This document shows positions 15,279 to 18,246 of a stretch of 18,246 nt of DNA, piece after piece. The notes below the pieces were generated by a model, which ran no database searches, was not told the DNA's origin, and saw only the letters and a program-made list of their open reading frames with translations. Positions within the stretch are counted from its first letter, which is position 1. The number at the start of each line of letters is the position of its first letter. Source of the DNA: Promethearchaeota archaeon (GTDB lineage Archaea; Asgardarchaeota; Lokiarchaeia; Sigyniarchaeales; SOKP01); NCBI GenBank assembly GCA_048940645.1, contig JBHLOI010000064.1, positions 1 to 18,246 on the forward strand, in the 5' to 3' direction. The position numbers were made by a program, and so were the translations under genes.

Positions 15279-16691
15279 TTACATCTCTCTTCCCGATTTT
15301 ATTGATTCAGCTCTTTCATTTAATATAACTTTAATTTGGTTTGAATCTTTAGGATACCATCTCAAAGCAAATGTCCAAAGTATTACTCCAGGTAAAATAG
15401 ATAAAATCACAAATAGAATCGTTTGTTGATAATTGTACTGAGTGAAAACTAAAATAATGCCACTTAAGGCAGGACCTATTCCACGACCTAAATTTTCTAA
15501 AAACTGATTCCATGAGATTATTTGAGCTTGAGCTTCAGGAAGATTAATATGTTGTATAACAGGGCTTTGGTTAACAATATATAATGAAAATATCGACCTT
15601 GAGAAAAAAAATAGCGCTCCCATTACCCAAATTATTGGCATTGTCATTAAAAGTGCTACATCCTTCCCTTGATCAACCGTCATTTGAGGCCATGGGATAA
15701 AGAAAAAGAGAGCAAAAGAAATAATCCCTCCAAGGAGAGCAAAAATAATCATATAAACTCTATTTTTTTGATTTTTTAATGCTAATTTATCACTTAAACG
15801 TGCTAACCCTATTTGTCCAGCTAGCCCCCCTGTTAACCCAAAGCTTACCATAAATATACTAGTCGAAAATTCAGAAATATTATGCGGTTCATTTTGAATT
15901 AAATTTAAAATTAAGAAATTAATGCTTCCCATGAGGATCCAAGTAAAGATTCCTTCAATTAGAGCTACGATATTAGTTTTACTTAGCATCGTTTTTTTCA
16001 TCATACGAGGATTCATTTTAAAATCATAAACTTGATTACTTTCTTTAAGAATCTCTATTAATTCTTCTTGTTGAGCACCTCTTTTTGGTTCTTCGCTATT
16101 GAGTGCGAATATGAGCCCAAAAATTAATATTCCTGCTCCTGCTGACCAAAAAAATTGACGCCAAAATCCATTTTGGACTAGAAAAGCACCTATAAGAAAA
16201 CCTAAAGTCATTGTTAAGGATCGTATTATTTCATATATTCCAAAAAAGCGTGACCGTTTTTCTCTTGGTACTACATCATTTGAAAGAGAAATTACTGCTG
16301 GCCAGCTCAAACCCGCGAATACTCCAAAAATGGAAATAAAGATTAAAAAATAAATCCAAGTTGATTGTCCACCTCCTTCAGTCGCGAATCCTAACATAAT
16401 AATTGCAAATCCTCTAAAAATTGATATTATAATGATAATTACCTTGCGAGAATGTTTATCAATAAAGTGTCCAAGTAGAAGTCCAGAGATTGAAGCAGAC
16501 CATGAAAGTGCCGTGATAATTATTCCCATTTCAATTGCATGGGTAGCTTCACCAGGCCATATTAATCTGGATAATGGAACAATAAGAAAAATAATACCAC
16601 CCCAGCTAATTGACTGAAACCCATTGAGAAAATAAATTGGCCAAAAAATTCGATTATAACTAATGGTTTTCTTTGAATTATTTTCCGACAT
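15279..16691 (-). CDS. Major facilitator superfamily transporter
   Basis: About 12 TM segments, motif A variants GHFIDKHSRK and ARLSDKL, DVVPREKRSRFFG, and a central loop EEPKRG. Confidence 0.9.
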   Translation of the reverse strand: MSENNSKKTISYNRIFWPIYFLNGFQSISWGGIIFLIVPLSRLIWPGEATHAIEMGIIITALSWSASISGLLLGHFIDKHSRKVIIIIISIFRGFAIIMLGFATEGGGQSTWIYFLIFISIFGVFAGLSWPAVISLSNDVVPREKRSRFFGIYEIIRSLTMTLGFLIGAFLVQNGFWRQFFWSAGAGILIFGLIFALNSEEPKRGAQQEELIEILKESNQVYDFKMNPRMMKKTMLSKTNIVALIEGIFTWILMGSINFLILNLIQNEPHNISEFSTSIFMVSFGLTGGLAGQIGLARLSDKLALKNQKNRVYMIIFALLGGIISFALFFFIPWPQMTVDQGKDVALLMTMPIIWVMGALFFFSRSIFSLYIVNQSPVIQHINLPEAQAQIISWNQFLENLGRGIGPALSGIILVFTQYNYQQTILFVILSILPGVILWTFALRWYPKDSNQIKVILNERAESIKSGREM

Positions 16692-16796
16692 AGAATTAGA
16701 AAGGAATATAATCTTGTAAATATGAATGGTAAAATGAGTGTTGTAATTTTAAGATATTGTTGGAATTAATTTATTCTTTTTTGTAAAAACAGGTGC

Positions 16797-17987
16797 TTAT
16801 TCCTTAATTTTCCTATAAAATATTAAATAGACAATAAAAGTAAGGAGCGAAAGTATTGCTAAAAATAAAAATGTTAGGTCGACATTTAACTCTGCAATTA
16901 AACCAGTAATGATTGGTGCTAAAAAGAAGCCAATTCCAACCATTATCTCGAAATAAACACTATATTTGGATGTATTTTTGGCAATATTTTTGAAAACAGT
17001 TAATTTAAATGAAAGTGTATAGAAAAATGAATTAAAACAACCAAATAAGCAAAACAGAATTCCAAAAATTATAATATTGTAGTTTAATCCCATCAATATA
17101 AAAGATAGAATTACAATTATATTTGAAATTAATATCATTTTTTTTATTTTTTTAACATTAAGATCCATAGTTTTGGAAAGTGTAGCTGTTTGGGTGCTCA
17201 TTCTAAAAAAATAGAATAGATAATTAGTGAATAATGGAAAGTTTAATAATTCTGATTTTATTGGATAGGCAAGACCTAACCCTCCAATTAAAAAACCATA
17301 AACACAAATCATCAATAAAGGTAAGAAAACTGGGAAAGAAATATCCTCACGTTTAGGAATACTTTTCACTCTTTCATCAATAGGTAAAATTATGTCTCTA
17401 TCAAGATTATTTTCAGGTTCTTGAATAAATAAAGCGAAAATTAAACCGCTTGTGGCAAACAATAAGGAAAAAATGAACATCAGAAGAATATTTTCGATGA
17501 AAAATAACACAATCGTGCCCAGTATAAAACTAAAAATTCCTCCAAAATTCCAAGCTAGACTATATCTTTTCATTAATCTATCTTTTAATAAATCATTTTG
17601 ATTATATTCTTCTAATTTTGATATTGTTGAAACTGCAGTCATTAGAACAGGCCAAAAGGATCCCATAAAAATTCCATCAAGAATTAAGAGGATGTAAACA
17701 GTTAATGGGTTTAATGTAAATTGTAAAATTATCTGAATAATTAGAAATCCAAAAGTAGAGAGAATAATAGTTAATTTCATTCCGATTTTTTTATAAAGAT
17801 TTTTAAATATTAAGGGAGAAACTAAGTAAGACATAGCTGTTCCTGATGTAATAACTCCAATAGTTCCTAGGTCCAATCCTATATCAATATAATAAAGTGG
17901 TATTGCTAAACTGATTACTACCCCTAAAGCCACTCGCATAAAAGCAAGAAAAAGGATGGGAAAAACTCGGTATTTCTTATTTTGCAT
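16797..17987 (-). CDS. Major facilitator superfamily transporter
   Basis: About 12 TM segments in two halves, with KKIGMK after TM2, DGIFMGSFWP, AWNFGGIFS, a central loop IQEP and GIGFFLAPIITGLIAE. Confidence 0.85.
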   Translation of the reverse strand: MQNKKYRVFPILFLAFMRVALGVVISLAIPLYYIDIGLDLGTIGVITSGTAMSYLVSPLIFKNLYKKIGMKLTIILSTFGFLIIQIILQFTLNPLTVYILLILDGIFMGSFWPVLMTAVSTISKLEEYNQNDLLKDRLMKRYSLAWNFGGIFSFILGTIVLFFIENILLMFIFSLLFATSGLIFALFIQEPENNLDRDIILPIDERVKSIPKREDISFPVFLPLLMICVYGFLIGGLGLAYPIKSELLNFPLFTNYLFYFFRMSTQTATLSKTMDLNVKKIKKMILISNIIVILSFILMGLNYNIIIFGILFCLFGCFNSFFYTLSFKLTVFKNIAKNTSKYSVYFEIMVGIGFFLAPIITGLIAELNVDLTFLFLAILSLLTFIVYLIFYRKIKE

Positions 17988-18117
17988 TATATTTTCTTCA
18001 AAAATGTTTAAAAATTGTATAGAGAAGTCTTAAATTCGTAAAAAAGTTTATTAAAAGTTAATTAAGTATTCTCCTCCATTAGAACTTCTAAAGAAAAAAA
18101 ATTTAAAAAAAACTAAT

Positions 18118-18246
18118 TTAGGCATTAGAAATTTTTTGTTCTGCACCAATGATAATCTCGTTATAATAGTCTAAATAATTCTCATTTACAATAGCGCGAT
18201 ATCTTGAGAGAAATTCGGTAATTTCACGCATTAAAGATATGATATG
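18118..18246 (-). CDS. 3' end of a gene entering from the right edge (partial)
   Basis: The minus-strand frame is open from the window edge: HIISLMREITEFLSRYRAIVNENYLDYYNEIIIGAEQKISNA, ending at TAA (18118-18120). Confidence 0.65.
   Translation of the reverse strand, partial: HIISLMREITEFLSRYRAIVNENYLDYYNEIIIGAEQKISNA

Noticed and set aside
16432-16617. 61-aa plus-strand ORF
   Set aside because: Antisense shadow of the MFS gene.
1-18246. CRISPR arrays, tRNA/rRNA, IS elements, integrases or defence-system genes
   Set aside because: I saw no regularly spaced repeats, GC-rich structural RNA, terminal inverted repeats, or transposase/nuclease motifs.

Overview
This is a very AT-rich, gene-dense chromosomal window. 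Its gene content points to an Asgard archaeon (Lokiarchaeia-like); this is an inference from a longin-GTPase fusion, an unprenylated Rab/Ras-like GTPase, an archaeal PUA/MCT-1-like gene and stand-alone 7TM proteins. Metabolic genes: an IVD/LCAD-type acyl-CoA dehydrogenase, a divergent phosphohexomutase, a radical SAM/SPASM enzyme, an unusually long tryptophanase, a long-chain acyl-CoA ligase and two MFS transporters. The central part is the most interesting. It holds a longin + Arf-like GTPase fusion transcribed divergently from an uncharacterised coiled-coil protein, with a Rab-like GTPase about 2.5 kb away. It also holds a divergent 2H-phosphoesterase/PUA pair, two orphan ORFs flanking a palindrome- and hairpin-rich spacer, two gene remnants missing from the ORF track, and two convergent 7TM proteins, one with conserved-looking intramembrane polar residues and a TM7 lysine. 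I found no rRNA, tRNA, CRISPR array or transposase. No complete new system can be proven from sequence alone; the best candidates are the GTPase/coiled-coil module and the 7TM pair.
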